From assembly GCA_963846575.1 (NCBI GenBank), contig CAWJWJ010000002.1, forward strand, positions 704,001 to 768,000: a stretch of DNA of 64,000 nucleotides, written 5' to 3'. The DNA is from an uncultured Nitrospiraceae bacterium. GTDB taxonomy: Bacteria; Nitrospirota; Nitrospiria; Nitrospirales; Nitrospiraceae. The position numbers and the translations under genes are program-made. Below are positions 36,045-46,957 of the stretch, piece by piece. Below the pieces are notes generated by a model. That model was given only the letters and a program-made list of their open reading frames with translations, was not told the origin of the DNA and ran no database searches. Positions within the stretch are counted from its first letter, which is position 1. Each line of letters starts with the position of its first letter.

Positions 36045-39035
36045 TTACGCCAGGGGCAACCATACCTTTACCACAGTTCCATGTCCGGGTTCTCCCGTGA
36101 GAGTGATCTCCCCTCCCAAAAGCAGAGCCCGTTCGCGCATCCCCACCAGGCCAAGAGACGTCGGATCCGATAGCTCGGCGTTGCTTGCACCGCGTCCGTT
36201 ATCGCGCACCTCCAGCACCAGACCGCCCGCCTGCTCTTGCAGCGTGATCGTGACCGCGGTGGCCTGCGCATGTCGAGCCACGTTCGTCAGAATTTCTTGG
36301 AAGATGCGGAACATCGCGGTCGATTCGGAGTGAGTCAAGTTCACGGTTCGGAGATAGATATCTAGCGTGCACTGAATGCCCGTGCGGGCCTGAAATTCGT
36401 GGGCCTGCCACTCAATAGCCGGGATCAAGCCTAATTGATCCAGCACAATGGGGCGAAGCTCTGTGGCGATTCTCTGTACGGATTGAATGGTGGTATCGAT
36501 GAGGGCCACGATTGACTCCAGCTTGGACGTCACCGGCGAGCTGTTCTCCGGCAACTGGTCCCGCAAAAGCGACAGCTCGAGCTTGACCCCCGTCAATTGC
36601 TGCCCTAGTTCGTCATGGATTTCGCGCGCGATGCGGATGCGTTCCTCTTCTCGAACGGATTCCAGCCGGGCGGTCAGCTTTCTCAGACGGTCATGGGAAA
36701 GGGTCAGTTGCTGTTCTGCCCGTTTCCGTTCGGTAACATCAAGGAAGACGACAACGGCTCCAATGATCCGATCCTGTTCTCGAACGGGAAAGGATGAGTA
36801 TTCGACGGGAAGCGCGGTGCCATCCGCCCGCCAATAGACTTCATAATCGATTTGTTTTCCCTTTCCGCTGTTGAGCGTCTCATGGATATGACAGCATTCC
36901 CCGGGATAGGGCGTGCCATCCTGAAAGGAATGATGGATGAGCTCGTGCAGGTCTCTGCCTAACAGGTCGTCCAATGTATACCCGAGCATGCGGGCCGCGG
37001 CTGTATTGATGAATGTGCAACGTCCGTCTTGGTCTATGCCATAAATCCCTTCTCCCGTGGACTCAAGGAGCAGAAGACGGTCCTTGGCCAGTCGATGTCG
37101 TTCTTCGTCCACGCGTTTCCGATCGGTAATATCGGTGGCAATGCCGCAGAGGGCGTAACAATGGCCTGTTGCGTTGAGCAAGGGAAATTTTACGACCAGG
37201 CATGTATGGAGTTCGTCGTCATAGAGGACGGTTTCCTCAAACTCCAACGGCACGCCGGCCGCCAAGACCTTGCGGTCATTGGTGCGAAATGCGAGGGCTT
37301 GATCAGACTGGAAGACGTCCTGGTCGGTTTTCCCAATGAGAAGCCGATTCGGCAGGTGGAATGCGGTCTCGAACCGTCGGTTGACCTGAAGATAGCGACC
37401 CTCGACGTCTTTGATGAAAATGAAGGCCGGGCTGTTGTCCATGATCGCCCTGAACCGTTCCTCGCTTTCGCGTAAGGCCGCTTCCGCCCGCGTGCGTTCG
37501 CTGATGTCGCGAATGATCCCCGTGATAAACACGGTTGACTTGGCGGTCCAGGCCGCCAGACTGAACTCCAACGGGAACTCGGTACCGTCCCGCCGCAAGC
37601 CCACCAGTTTGAACATGTCAGCCTGCACGGTCAACCGTCCGGCGGCGGCGACCCGTTCGACTCCTCGTTGGTGAGCCTCGCGGAATCGTTGCGGCACGAT
37701 GCGGGCAACCGGATGGCCCACCATTTCCTCGGACGTGTAACCGAATGTTTTTTCTGCGCCCTTATTCCAAAAGGCTACCTTTCCCTGGGTATCCATCAGA
37801 ATGATCGCATCGCCAGTCGATTGGACGATGGAGCGTAATCGTTCTTCACTTTCCTGCCTCGCCTCCTCGGCACGTTTGCGTTCGGTGATGTCCCGTGCCA
37901 CGGCTTGGAACCCGACGACTCTGTTCTCCTCAAGAAGGACTTGCACATTCTGGCCGATCCAGACTTCGCTCCCGTCCTTTGCAAGGGACAGAAATTCATA
38001 GTAGGTGCTTGCCCGTCGCCGGACGAACTGCCGGGCGTAGAACCGCTCGGCCGCCGGCTGATGCTCGGGATGGATCAACTCGATGAAGCGGCGTCCTAGC
38101 AACTCCTGCTCGGAATACTTCATGATTCGGGTGGCGACGGGATTCACGAACGTAAACCGCCCCATGGCGTCGGTTCGATAGATGATGTCATTCGCTTTTG
38201 TCACCAAGAGCCGGTACCGCTCTTGGCTTTCCCGCAGCGCTTCATCGGTCCGCTTTGCCCCGGTAATGTCCCGAAAGACCGCTACGCCTCCCTTCAACTG
38301 GCCGGTTTCATCCCGCAGTGGTCGTGCGTTGACACTGAGCCATGCTCCGTCCGGTTGATCGGGCCTGCGGAGAAATAGCAGCACGTTGGTGACCGATTCG
38401 CCACGAACTGCCCTCGCCAGGGGCAGGTCATCGGGCGGGTAGGGTGTCACCTTGTCCAAGAGATAGAGACGATGACCCTCGGACCGGCCGTCGGTCCCGG
38501 CACCCGTGGGACCAGCTTGCATGATGCGTTCAGCGGCGGGATTCCAGACTTGGAACGAGCCGGTTTCGTCGGCCATCACCACAGCATCGGCCATGCTGTG
38601 GAGTACGGATTGAAGCAGCCGGCTTTTTTCCCGTAACTCTGTCTCGAGCCTGGTCCGCTCCATCGCATATGTGAGCGCGCGAGTTAACAGGGGAGCGGTG
38701 ACTTGCCCTTTGACAAGGTAGTCCTGAGCTCCCGCCTGGATCAGCCGCAGACCTAACTCCTCATCTTCCAGACCGGTCATGAGCACGATAGGCGTACCCA
38801 TGGCCGCCTCACGCGTGCGGGCCAGCGTCTGAGCCCCCTGGCTGTCGGGCAGCGAAAGATCCAACAGAATCACATCGACCGGGGTCTGCTTCAGAAATTG
38901 GATGCCGGCCTCAAGCCGGTCCACGTGGGTAAGCGTGAAGCGTCCTGCGCCGGTTTCTGCCAGAAGTTCCCTCAGCAGACGGGCATCGCCGGGATGGTCT
39001 TCTACCAACAGGATATGAATGGGATGGGTGATCAC
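36045..39035 (-). CDS. hybrid sensor kinase REC-5xPAS-HisKA_3-HATPase
   Basis: LLVED...LLDLSLPD receiver; five PAS/PAC blocks ending [40 protein letters not shown]. Confidence 0.92.
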   Translation of the reverse strand: MITHPIHILLVEDHPGDARLLRELLAETGAGRFTLTHVDRLEAGIQFLKQTPVDVILLDLSLPDSQGAQTLARTREAAMGTPIVLMTGLEDEELGLRLIQAGAQDYLVKGQVTAPLLTRALTYAMERTRLETELREKSRLLQSVLHSMADAVVMADETGSFQVWNPAAERIMQAGPTGAGTDGRSEGHRLYLLDKVTPYPPDDLPLARAVRGESVTNVLLFLRRPDQPDGAWLSVNARPLRDETGQLKGGVAVFRDITGAKRTDEALRESQERYRLLVTKANDIIYRTDAMGRFTFVNPVATRIMKYSEQELLGRRFIELIHPEHQPAAERFYARQFVRRRASTYYEFLSLAKDGSEVWIGQNVQVLLEENRVVGFQAVARDITERKRAEEARQESEERLRSIVQSTGDAIILMDTQGKVAFWNKGAEKTFGYTSEEMVGHPVARIVPQRFREAHQRGVERVAAAGRLTVQADMFKLVGLRRDGTEFPLEFSLAAWTAKSTVFITGIIRDISERTRAEAALRESEERFRAIMDNSPAFIFIKDVEGRYLQVNRRFETAFHLPNRLLIGKTDQDVFQSDQALAFRTNDRKVLAAGVPLEFEETVLYDDELHTCLVVKFPLLNATGHCYALCGIATDITDRKRVDEERHRLAKDRLLLLESTGEGIYGIDQDGRCTFINTAAARMLGYTLDDLLGRDLHELIHHSFQDGTPYPGECCHIHETLNSGKGKQIDYEVYWRADGTALPVEYSSFPVREQDRIIGAVVVFLDVTERKRAEQQLTLSHDRLRKLTARLESVREEERIRIAREIHDELGQQLTGVKLELSLLRDQLPENSSPVTSKLESIVALIDTTIQSVQRIATELRPIVLDQLGLIPAIEWQAHEFQARTGIQCTLDIYLRTVNLTHSESTAMFRIFQEILTNVARHAQATAVTITLQEQAGGLVLEVRDNGRGASNAELSDPTSLGLVGMRERALLLGGEITLTGEPGHGTVVKVWLPLA

Positions 39036-39496
39036 CTGTTTCCGCGTTGCTCCGGGACTGGTAACACGACGATGCCAAGCCAGAAGTCCTCAATGGATCG
39101 AACGACCTTGATAAATTGGTCTAGGTCCACGGGTTTCGTGATGTAGCAATTCGCGTGAAGGTTATAACTTTTCAAGACATCCTGCTCATCCTGTGACGTC
39201 GTGAGCACGACCACCGGGATGCGTTTCAAGCTATCGTCGGACTTGATATCGGCAAGCACTTCCCGGCCATCCTTTTTGGGAAGGTTCAGGTCGAGCACGA
39301 TGAGGTGGGGGCGTGGCGCACCGGCATGTTGTCCTTGCCGGCGAAGGAAGGCCAACGCCTCCACGCCGTCCTTGAGCACCGTCAGATGGTTGATGACCTT
39401 CGCTTCTTTCAAGGCTTCGATGGTCAGGCGTACGTCACCGGGGTTGTCTTCCACTAAAAGAATCTCAATCGGTTTGACTAATTCTGGGGGGACCAT
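39032..39496 (-). CDS. single-domain response regulator (Rcp1-like)
   Basis: [47 protein letters not shown] before ATG 39496. Confidence 0.9.
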   Translation of the reverse strand: MVPPELVKPIEILLVEDNPGDVRLTIEALKEAKVINHLTVLKDGVEALAFLRRQGQHAGAPRPHLIVLDLNLPKKDGREVLADIKSDDSLKRIPVVVLTTSQDEQDVLKSYNLHANCYITKPVDLDQFIKVVRSIEDFWLGIVVLPVPEQRGNR

Positions 39497-39527
39497 GAGA
39501 TAGCTCCTTTGCCCTATTAAGGTGACT

Positions 39528-41339
39528 TCACACCGACCCTGCAAGCTTCGTACGAATCGGTGGCGCGGGGTCCGTGGGCTGTTCCGGATGTGATGGCTCG
39601 GGGGAGTGATCCGGGATGGTGAAATAAAATGTGGCGCCTTTGCCGAGTTCGGACTCCACCCACATGCGCCCGCCATGGCGCTCGACGATCTTCTTGCAAA
39701 TCGCCAAGCCGATGCCGGTTCCGGGATATTCGTCTCTCGAGTGTAGCCGCTGAAAAATGACAAAGATACGATCGGCATACTGGGGATCGAGCCCGATGCC
39801 CTGATCCCGTATCCCCAACACCCACTCGTCATGACCTCGTGTGCTCGAAATGTGGATTCGAGGTTGAGGACTGCTGAATTTGATCGCATTACTCAACAGA
39901 TTTTGGAACAGTTGGGCCAACTGTTTTTCATCGCCCATGACAGTGGGTAACGGGTCATGCGTGATCACAGCCTCGCTTTCCTTGATGGCGTTTCCCAGGT
40001 TGACCAGCGCATAACTGAGTGACGTCTGCGCGGAGATAGGCGCAAATGAGCGTGCCTCCCGGCTGATCCGTGAATAGGCGAGGAGATCTTGTATAAGTTT
40101 TTGCATGCGGTTGGCGCCGTCCACCGCATAGGCGATGAACTCAGACGCGTCGGAGTCCAATTTTCCTGCATAGCGTTTAGCCAATAGCTGGGTGTAACTA
40201 CTGACCATTCGCAGGGGTTCTTGCAAGTCATGGGATGCCACATAGGCGAATTGCTGGAGGTCGGCGTTGGAGCGGGCGAGTTCAGCCACAGATTGCTGCA
40301 GCTCCTGGCGCGTGGTGATCAGGTGATTCCGTTCGCGTCCCAATCTCCAGGATACCCAGATACCGTAGCCGGTCAGAGGAAGCACAACGAGCAATCCGAT
40401 CCCGCCCACCATCCATATAAGTCGATTGACGGGTGCATAGATCTGGTCGTGGTCCAAGCGGAATAGAACGATCCAGTCGAATCCCGGAAAGTCCTTGTAC
40501 CCTTGGGTGTGGGCGTAGCCGGTAACCACGGACTTTCCATTCCGGTTATGGATTTCCTCCACGAAGCCTGGCTGATACGGGTTGGCGATGGCTCTGGCTT
40601 GCGAAGGCAGCGCTAACTTAAAGGATGCCTTGTTCGTGTCTCGTTCAAGGTGTTTCTCGGTGATGACCTCTCCTGCAGGCGTAAGTAGCAACCAGTCATA
40701 GGTTTCCGCTCCGTATCGCAACTTGCCTTCCTGTTCAAAAATCGGCCGAAGATTCTGAATGGGCACCCGAGTGACCACCGTCCCACGAAATTCTTTCTGC
40801 GCTCCATACACCGGCGCCATAAATGTCACGGACTGACTCCCCTGTGGTCCGGAGGAAGGGGAGACATCTTCCAAGTGAACCAGTCCACTGCTTTGTACCG
40901 ATTGCACAGAGACCGGGTTCAAGGCCTGAATATCCGGCGGCGGCGGTTGATCGGTGCTTGCGATCAGTCGCCCGCTTGCGTCGGTGACACCTATCCAGGA
41001 GTAATACCAATAGAGTTGTTTGAACCGTAGCAGTCGGGCAGTCTTCACTTCGGGTGTGCCCTCAAGGAGTATTCCGTCATTTGCAAACCATTGGATATCG
41101 CCGAACCGTTCATACAACACCCGATCAATGCCATTAGCGACAGCCGAGGCATTCATGGCCAAGTCGGTCCCCCGTTCGGAGACCAACACTGTGCGCAAGA
41201 ATAGTAGGGCGTAGAGGCCTAGAGCTGCGGCGATGACAAAACATAGCGAGAGGACCAAGGGAAGGGTCCCCTCCATCCCCGTTTTTTTATTGCCAGAATA
41301 GGCCCCTGAAACAGGCGTGTTGTGAACAGCAGTCTTCAT
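39528..41339 (-). CDS. membrane sensor histidine kinase (Cache-like periplasmic domain + Cph1-type kinase core)
   Basis: Two TM segments, extracytoplasmic region, [37 protein letters not shown]. Confidence 0.9.
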   Translation of the reverse strand: MKTAVHNTPVSGAYSGNKKTGMEGTLPLVLSLCFVIAAALGLYALLFLRTVLVSERGTDLAMNASAVANGIDRVLYERFGDIQWFANDGILLEGTPEVKTARLLRFKQLYWYYSWIGVTDASGRLIASTDQPPPPDIQALNPVSVQSVQSSGLVHLEDVSPSSGPQGSQSVTFMAPVYGAQKEFRGTVVTRVPIQNLRPIFEQEGKLRYGAETYDWLLLTPAGEVITEKHLERDTNKASFKLALPSQARAIANPYQPGFVEEIHNRNGKSVVTGYAHTQGYKDFPGFDWIVLFRLDHDQIYAPVNRLIWMVGGIGLLVVLPLTGYGIWVSWRLGRERNHLITTRQELQQSVAELARSNADLQQFAYVASHDLQEPLRMVSSYTQLLAKRYAGKLDSDASEFIAYAVDGANRMQKLIQDLLAYSRISREARSFAPISAQTSLSYALVNLGNAIKESEAVITHDPLPTVMGDEKQLAQLFQNLLSNAIKFSSPQPRIHISSTRGHDEWVLGIRDQGIGLDPQYADRIFVIFQRLHSRDEYPGTGIGLAICKKIVERHGGRMWVESELGKGATFYFTIPDHSPEPSHPEQPTDPAPPIRTKLAGSV

Positions 41340-41558
41340 AAAACAGGCTGTACTTCAAAGTTTCGAAGGCGCGATATCATAACTCGTTCTCATGGAGAGT
41401 TTCATCTGTGAGCGTCGCAGGAGGATCGTCATTCGTGGCGTGGTCGTTGTGCGCCGGGGCCAGCCCTCATGCTCAGAGAGTGACGATGCGAGCGTGGGGT
41501 TGACTCCCAGTGTAGCCGCCGCGTACGGTCTGATCAGACATAAAATACGGCTATTTGC

Positions 41559-41975
41559 ATGCTGACCATCTCCACACACGTGACCATTCCTGACGATGAG
41601 ATCGACATCACCGCCGTTCGTGCTCAGGGGGCAGGCGGGCAACACGTCAACAAAGTGTCCTCAGCGATTCACTTGCGGTTTGATATCGCCGGTTCGTCGC
41701 TGCCGCCCTTCTACAAGGAGCGGCTTATGGCTTTGCGGGACCATCGCGTCACCCGTGAAGGCGTGATTATCATCAAAGCGCAGGATTCACGAAGCCAAGA
41801 GCGCAACCGTTCCCTCGCTCTTGACCGGCTGCGGGAGTTGATTCAGGCGGCAGCGGCACCGCGCACCCCACGTCGTCCCACGAAGCCGACGAAAGGATCA
41901 GCTCAGCGGAGATTACAGAGTAAAACCAAGCGTGCGCGGCTCAAGGCGTTGCGCGGGAAGCTCGCGGAGGATTGA
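41559..41975 (+). CDS. arfB: alternative ribosome-rescue peptidyl-tRNA hydrolase
   Basis: GAGGQHVNK GGQ motif, RSQ..N, basic C-tail RRPTKPT. Confidence 0.93.
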   Translation: MLTISTHVTIPDDEIDITAVRAQGAGGQHVNKVSSAIHLRFDIAGSSLPPFYKERLMALRDHRVTREGVIIIKAQDSRSQERNRSLALDRLRELIQAAAAPRTPRRPTKPTKGSAQRRLQSKTKRARLKALRGKLAED

Positions 41976-41991
41976 AGCATAAGGGTAAAAC

Positions 41992-42027
41992 AAAAAAGAA
42001 GGGGCGCCTCATGCGAGGCGCCCCTTC
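41992..42027 (-). terminator. rho-independent terminator of the RRM gene
   Basis: 13-bp perfect stem GAAGGGGCGCCTC / GAGGCGCCCCTTC, 4-nt loop, U-tract on the minus strand. Confidence 0.85.
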
Positions 42028-42053
42028 AGAGACAAGACGAATCTTGAATCGAC

Positions 42054-42377
42054 TTAGAAGCGGTTGCGGCCGCCGCGGTTTTCGCCGCCGCCAAACCGAC
42101 CACCGCCACCGCCGCCACCGGAACGAGCTTCCTGGGGCTTCGCCTCGTTCACGGTGAGCTGCCGGCCATCCATGTCCGAGCCGTTCAAGGCCGTGATGGC
42201 TGCCTTTGCTTCTTCCGCGGTGGACATTTCGACGAAGCCGAAGCCTCGCGATTGTCCGGTAAACTTGTCCGTGATCACGCGTGCCGACTCAACGGTGCCG
42301 TGGGTCGAAAACAAGTTGCTCAGTTGTGACTCAGTAGCTGCATACGGCAATCCGCCGACGTACAATTTAGTACCCAT
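42054..42377 (-). CDS. RRM (RNP-1) RNA-binding protein with Gly-rich tail
   Basis: KLYVGGL (RNP2), RGFGFVEM (RNP1), GGGGGR tail; AAGGAG RBS. Confidence 0.94.
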   Translation of the reverse strand: MGTKLYVGGLPYAATESQLSNLFSTHGTVESARVITDKFTGQSRGFGFVEMSTAEEAKAAITALNGSDMDGRQLTVNEAKPQEARSGGGGGGGRFGGGENRGGRNRF

Positions 42378-42647
42378 GGGGGTCTCTCCTTTTGAATGAT
42401 GACATTGTCGGCGACGCGAGAACAGACATATGAGGGGATGAGCTGGCCGAAGACGCAATCATTGAGGCGGCTTGGGTCTGACTTCCGATCAACTTCTCGG
42501 TAACAAACAACATCGGTGATGGGCCATCTAAAAACATGTTTCTCATGCGGCCCGTCATGAGATTACTGCGCATCCTAGCAGAAGAGGTTTGAGAATACTA
42601 TCTCTTTATTGAGCAAGTAAAAAAAATCGGTTGGCTTCCGGCTGCCA

Positions 42648-43550
42648 TTAAACTGAGGAACCGGACGAGGCGGTCCGGAGCGATCTGGCCAGACCTGCCT
42701 TCGACAGCAGGTATATGAGCCACTTGGACGGATCGAAGTTGTACCAGAGCGGTCCGTTCCGGTAGTCGCTGGGATAGGTGTGATGATAGTTATGGTAGCC
42801 TTCACCGAAGGTCAGCAACGATACAAACCATGAATTGCGGCTTGAATTGGCCTTGCTGTAAGGTTGCTCTCCCCACAAATGACAGACCGAGTTGATGCAG
42901 AAGGTGGAGTTCAGCACGGCGAACGTTCGTCCGACTCCGGCCAGCATAAAGCCACCGATTCCGCCCCGCCAGCCATTGTGAAGAAATCCCACCACAAAGG
43001 GGAGCGCCAGGCCGATCATGACGATTGCCGCGTAATGGCGGTGTTGCCACATGGCGACCCGGTCCTGCGTGACGCGGGAGCCGAATCGCTCGTCAGTGCA
43101 GGGTACGGGATTGAGGAGCCAGCCGCAGTGGCTATACCAGAACCCTCGTTGAGCATTGTAGGGATCGGCCGGGTCATCGCAGTGCGCATGGTGACGCAAA
43201 TGGTCGGCCGTCCATTTCGCACCTGAGTTCTGTAGTGCCCAGCCGCCTGCGATGAGCAGGCAAGCCTTCACCCAGTCGGGGCATTCGAAACTGCGATGGG
43301 TCAGGAGGCGGTGATAGCCTACCGTGATGCCCAGTCCGGTGATGACGTAGAGCACCACAAACATCGTCCAATCCAGCCAGGAATATCCATAGATCAGTCC
43401 GTACCCCGGGACGGCGATCATCGAGCCTGCGACGATCGACCAGAAAAGCAGATAGGTCCAGAATTTATGGTGAATACGATGTACGACGTCGACGGGAACC
43501 GCAACCTGAGAGACATCTTGCATCTCACCAGAATAATCAAGCCCAGACAT
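42648..43550 (-). CDS. delta-9 acyl-CoA/acyl-lipid fatty acid desaturase
   Basis: His boxes HRLLTH, HLRHH, HNYHH; NSVCH; GEGYHN. Confidence 0.92.
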   Translation of the reverse strand: MSGLDYSGEMQDVSQVAVPVDVVHRIHHKFWTYLLFWSIVAGSMIAVPGYGLIYGYSWLDWTMFVVLYVITGLGITVGYHRLLTHRSFECPDWVKACLLIAGGWALQNSGAKWTADHLRHHAHCDDPADPYNAQRGFWYSHCGWLLNPVPCTDERFGSRVTQDRVAMWQHRHYAAIVMIGLALPFVVGFLHNGWRGGIGGFMLAGVGRTFAVLNSTFCINSVCHLWGEQPYSKANSSRNSWFVSLLTFGEGYHNYHHTYPSDYRNGPLWYNFDPSKWLIYLLSKAGLARSLRTASSGSSV

Positions 43551-43738
43551 TTTCGCAAGCGCATTCTCAGTGGAGGGTATCCTGCGTTGGAAATTCGGTG
43601 CGATTCGGCGGCCCTTGCCAGAGAGACGTTAGGGTGAATGGCCGGTCAACCGGCTGCTGGTCAGGCCGTTGAAGTTGTTACATCGTGGAGAGTCGGCTCA
43701 ATGCATCGAGTCGTTTCAATACCCAAGGGAGGACGGGG

Positions 43739-44081
43739 ATGCGTGTACAGGCTGTAAATGTACGAAGGGCGGTTCTCGTGGTGTTTGTGAGTGGGTGTCT
43801 CCTTGGGCTTTCCGGACTGATCGAGCCTCTCTTGTCGGCCACCGATACTCCGTCCTCAACCGACCAAGACCATGCCTCCACGCCGGCGGGTTCGCCAAAC
43901 AGTTCGAGGAAAGCACGTGAAGGAAAGGGCAACCATCCCGTGAGGAAAGCCTGCGCGGAAGACGTCAAGAAACTTTGTCCTGACGTGAAGGCCGGAGAGG
44001 GGCGAATCGTTCAGACAACAAACACAAGCTCTTTCCCAGGACTGTGCCAGCGCCATGCAGCGAGGCAAGCATCGGCAGTGA
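43739..44081 (+). pseudogene. exported cysteine-rich-repeat protein, frameshifted near 44015
   Basis: ACAEDVKKLCPDVKAGEGRIVQ, then the motif continues in the +1 frame (QQTQALSQDCASAMQRGKHRQ*); the expected CL is missing. Confidence 0.65.
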
Positions 44082-44277
44082 GGGCCGGTGCCCGGCAGGT
44101 AGATCTCCCGACTTGCCGTCCTGCCTGAAGCGCTGTCTCGGAGCCGGCGTAGGCGCGGCGTAGGCGGGCCGGCTCGTGGCGGTATCGTGAGGAAGTTTTT
44201 CGTTGATTTTGTGTATTTGATGTTAGAAGGGGGATGGTTGCGATAGAGTGGGCCATCATACATACGGGAGGTTACGT

Positions 44278-44658
44278 ATGACTGGAGCCACAGGGGAGGA
44301 ACAATTCTCGGTTGATTTGCGCCAGCATCCACGGTTGCGAGTGCCGGCCCCGTTCGCCTGCTCGCTTTCCCGCCTGGGACTGGCCAAATGGCTCGGTCGT
44401 GGAGCTGACGGAATCGGGGTGGTGTTCGATGTGTCGATGAAGGGGGCGAAGGTGATGAGTGAGGCGGGCATTCAACGTGGAGACAGGTTGGCCGTGAGGC
44501 TGTCTTTACCAAATCAGGCCTCTCCGATGACCGTCGAAGAAGCGACGGTGCGTTGGGAGAAAGATCATGTCTACGGGTTGGAGTTCGTGGATTTGTCACC
44601 GGTCGCCGAAATGCGGCTTCGAAAATTCATCACCATTACGACGAAACCGGCCTCTTGA
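44278..44658 (+). CDS. PilZ-domain protein
   Basis: RQHPR and DVSMKG motifs, VRW...GLEF; GGGAGG RBS. Confidence 0.85.
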   Translation: MTGATGEEQFSVDLRQHPRLRVPAPFACSLSRLGLAKWLGRGADGIGVVFDVSMKGAKVMSEAGIQRGDRLAVRLSLPNQASPMTVEEATVRWEKDHVYGLEFVDLSPVAEMRLRKFITITTKPAS

Positions 44659-44873
44659 AGCTGTTGCTCGTTCGCACCGTTCAATCAGGCTCGACGGCGT
44701 CTGTGGCAGAATGCCGCGCCCGCTCCAGGACTGCCGGTATCAAGAAATATCATGCGATGTCTCTCATCGTTCGGGAGACGGTGCCGCATTCCCATCCAGC
44801 GTTCGACCCGCTGACTGCAACTTGACATTGCGCTCCTCGACTCAATTCTCTAGAATGACTTCCCCATTCGGCC

Positions 44874-45809
44874 ATGCCCAGCACACATACACGAAGTCAG
44901 CGGCAGGAGCCGCGTGGTCCCTATCATCCCTTTCATTGGCCCACCAGGCTCGGCTTCGGACTGTTTCGCCTGCTGTCAGCTCTTCCGTACCGTTGGCAGC
45001 TCGCCCTTGGACGACAATGCGGACGTCTGTTACATGGGCTCCTCACCAGGCGGCGGGATATTGTCCGTGTGAACCTGGAGCTCTGTTTCCCTGACCAATC
45101 TGTTGGCGAGCGTAATCAGACCGCTCTGCGCTGTTTCGAATCCATGGGGATGGGTATGTTGGAGATCGGTATTGCCTGGTGGGCGAAAGATCCACGCCGC
45201 TATTGTGAGTGTACCATCAAAGGCTTGGAGCACATTCAGGAGGCACTGCAGCTGGGACGGGGAGTCTTGCTCTGTGGGGCACACTTGCATACGGCAGAAC
45301 TTGCCGGCCGCTTTTTAGCCCTGGAACAGGCCATCGCAATCGTGTACCGGCCGCAAAACGATATTGTGGCAGAAACGGTCGCGAACGGATGTCGGAGCCG
45401 GTACTATTCAGATCTGCTCCAGCATCGGGATATGCGGGGCGTGCTACGGGCCTTGGCCAAGAATCGGGTCGTCTGGTATGCCCCCGATATCGATGCGGGA
45501 TCGAAGCGTAGCGTGTTTGCTCCTTTTTTCGGAGTGCCAGCCTCGTCACTCACGGCCACGTCCCGGTTGGCCAAAGTGAGCGGGGCGCCGGTGGTTCCCT
45601 GCTTCTATTTCCGCAGAGCGGATGGCAGCGGGTACGATATCGAAGTGGGGGCGGCGCTCGACCGGTTTCCATCCGATGAGTGGGATGATACGGTGCGTAT
45701 CAATCGTCTGATCGAGGGAGCCGTCCGCCGAGTGCCGGAGCAGTATTTTTGGCAGCATCGCCGATTCAAGAGCCGCCCTCCCGGCGAACCGCCGGTATAT
45801 AAGCGATGA
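44874..45809 (+). CDS. lpxL: lipid A lauroyl/acyltransferase
   Basis: NLELCFP, H(X4)E (HLHTAE), WYAPD.D, PFFG, PEQYFWQHRRFK.RP. Confidence 0.88.
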   Translation: MPSTHTRSQRQEPRGPYHPFHWPTRLGFGLFRLLSALPYRWQLALGRQCGRLLHGLLTRRRDIVRVNLELCFPDQSVGERNQTALRCFESMGMGMLEIGIAWWAKDPRRYCECTIKGLEHIQEALQLGRGVLLCGAHLHTAELAGRFLALEQAIAIVYRPQNDIVAETVANGCRSRYYSDLLQHRDMRGVLRALAKNRVVWYAPDIDAGSKRSVFAPFFGVPASSLTATSRLAKVSGAPVVPCFYFRRADGSGYDIEVGAALDRFPSDEWDDTVRINRLIEGAVRRVPEQYFWQHRRFKSRPPGEPPVYKR

Positions 45810-45973
45810 GTTCCCTGACTTGAATGTGTGGCGACCGTTCGAGCCAGGATCGCTTCCCGTCCTAGTAAATTTCTCACCGTGCTCAAAAGACGAGAAGTAG
45901 TCGGCCTCAGCGGGGTCTTGGGCTATACTGCCCCTAGCTGGATGTAAAACAGGGGCTCAAGCCGCGCTCTGTC

Positions 45974-46354
45974 ATGAACCGATCCAATCAGCGCCCCGAC
46001 AAGAGAATTGAATTACGACGTCATCCGCGACGTGATGTGCCGCCGACCTGTGTGCTCTCATTCTCCCGTTTTGCCCTTTCGATTACGTTCAACGGCGATA
46101 CGGAGGGCGAAGGCTCGATTGTGAATCTCTCTCTGAAAGGATGCAAGGTCGAGAGTGACGCGGCGGTCAAAGTGGGAGACGCCATGTCCTTGATTCTGCT
46201 CCTTCCGGGGGGAGAAGCGCCCGCGACCATCGATCTAGCCCTGGTGCGTTGGACCCACGGACCATGTTTTGGGCTGGAATTCATTTCTATCGGGACAACC
46301 GAGGTGAACCGGTTGCGCGGCTTTCTGGAATCCGCCGGGATGTCTCAACCGTAA
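45974..46354 (+). CDS. PilZ-domain protein
   Basis: RRHPR, NLSLKG, VRW...FGLEF. Confidence 0.85.
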   Translation: MNRSNQRPDKRIELRRHPRRDVPPTCVLSFSRFALSITFNGDTEGEGSIVNLSLKGCKVESDAAVKVGDAMSLILLLPGGEAPATIDLALVRWTHGPCFGLEFISIGTTEVNRLRGFLESAGMSQP

Positions 46355-46407
46355 GTCTGTCTGCAGAGGTACGTTCGACGCATCGTCCTGACGAAGGGGA
46401 GGGGTCA

Positions 46408-46737
46408 TTGGCGTTACTTAAAGCAGAGCGAAAACCACGCCGGATCACGATCGGTTGTCGATTAGAATTCTCAGGAGAGGATCATGTGGAGGGCGAAGGA
46501 GAGGTGCTCGATCTCTCCTTGAGCGGCTGCATGGTCAAATCGAATAGTGCGGTGCCGCCCGGACTCCAGATGAAGGTCGCATTATTTTTGGCGGATGGGC
46601 ATGAATGGCCGATTCGGGTGGATGAAGCCATCGTCCGTTGGGCGCGGGGAGGTGAATTCGGTATTGAGTTCCTTGCGATGCGCCCCCCTCAGCTTCAGCG
46701 CATTCAGCAGTATGTCATCGAGACCAAGCCTCGCTAA
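46408..46737 (+). CDS. PilZ-domain protein
   Basis: RKPRR, DLSLSG, VRW...FGIEF; TTG start after GGGAGG. Confidence 0.82.
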   Translation: MALLKAERKPRRITIGCRLEFSGEDHVEGEGEVLDLSLSGCMVKSNSAVPPGLQMKVALFLADGHEWPIRVDEAIVRWARGGEFGIEFLAMRPPQLQRIQQYVIETKPR

Positions 46738-46853
46738 GCTCGCCAGGCGGTGACAGGCCACGGGGTGACTCCGCAAACTCCTCGAATTCATCATTTAGGA
46801 TCATTCTGCGCTTTCAGCCGGTTGCTGATTTAGCGGATTACGACTCACCGTCA

Positions 46854-46882
46854 TTGCTTTACTTCCAAGGCTTCCCTACAAT
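46854..46882 (+). promoter_or_regulatory. sigma70-like promoter of the mla operon
   Basis: TTGCTT-17 nt-TACAAT. Confidence 0.45.
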
Positions 46883-46957
46883 TTCGCCGGACGTTGGGAC
46901 CTCGCTCTGAGGCCCCGGCGAGTCGCTCTACCATGTGATGGAGGTTCCTCACAACGC

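Noticed and set aside
39497..39889. N-terminal extension of the 285-aa response-regulator ORF
   Set aside because: It overlaps the kinase gene out of frame; the RBS and domain start support ATG 39496.
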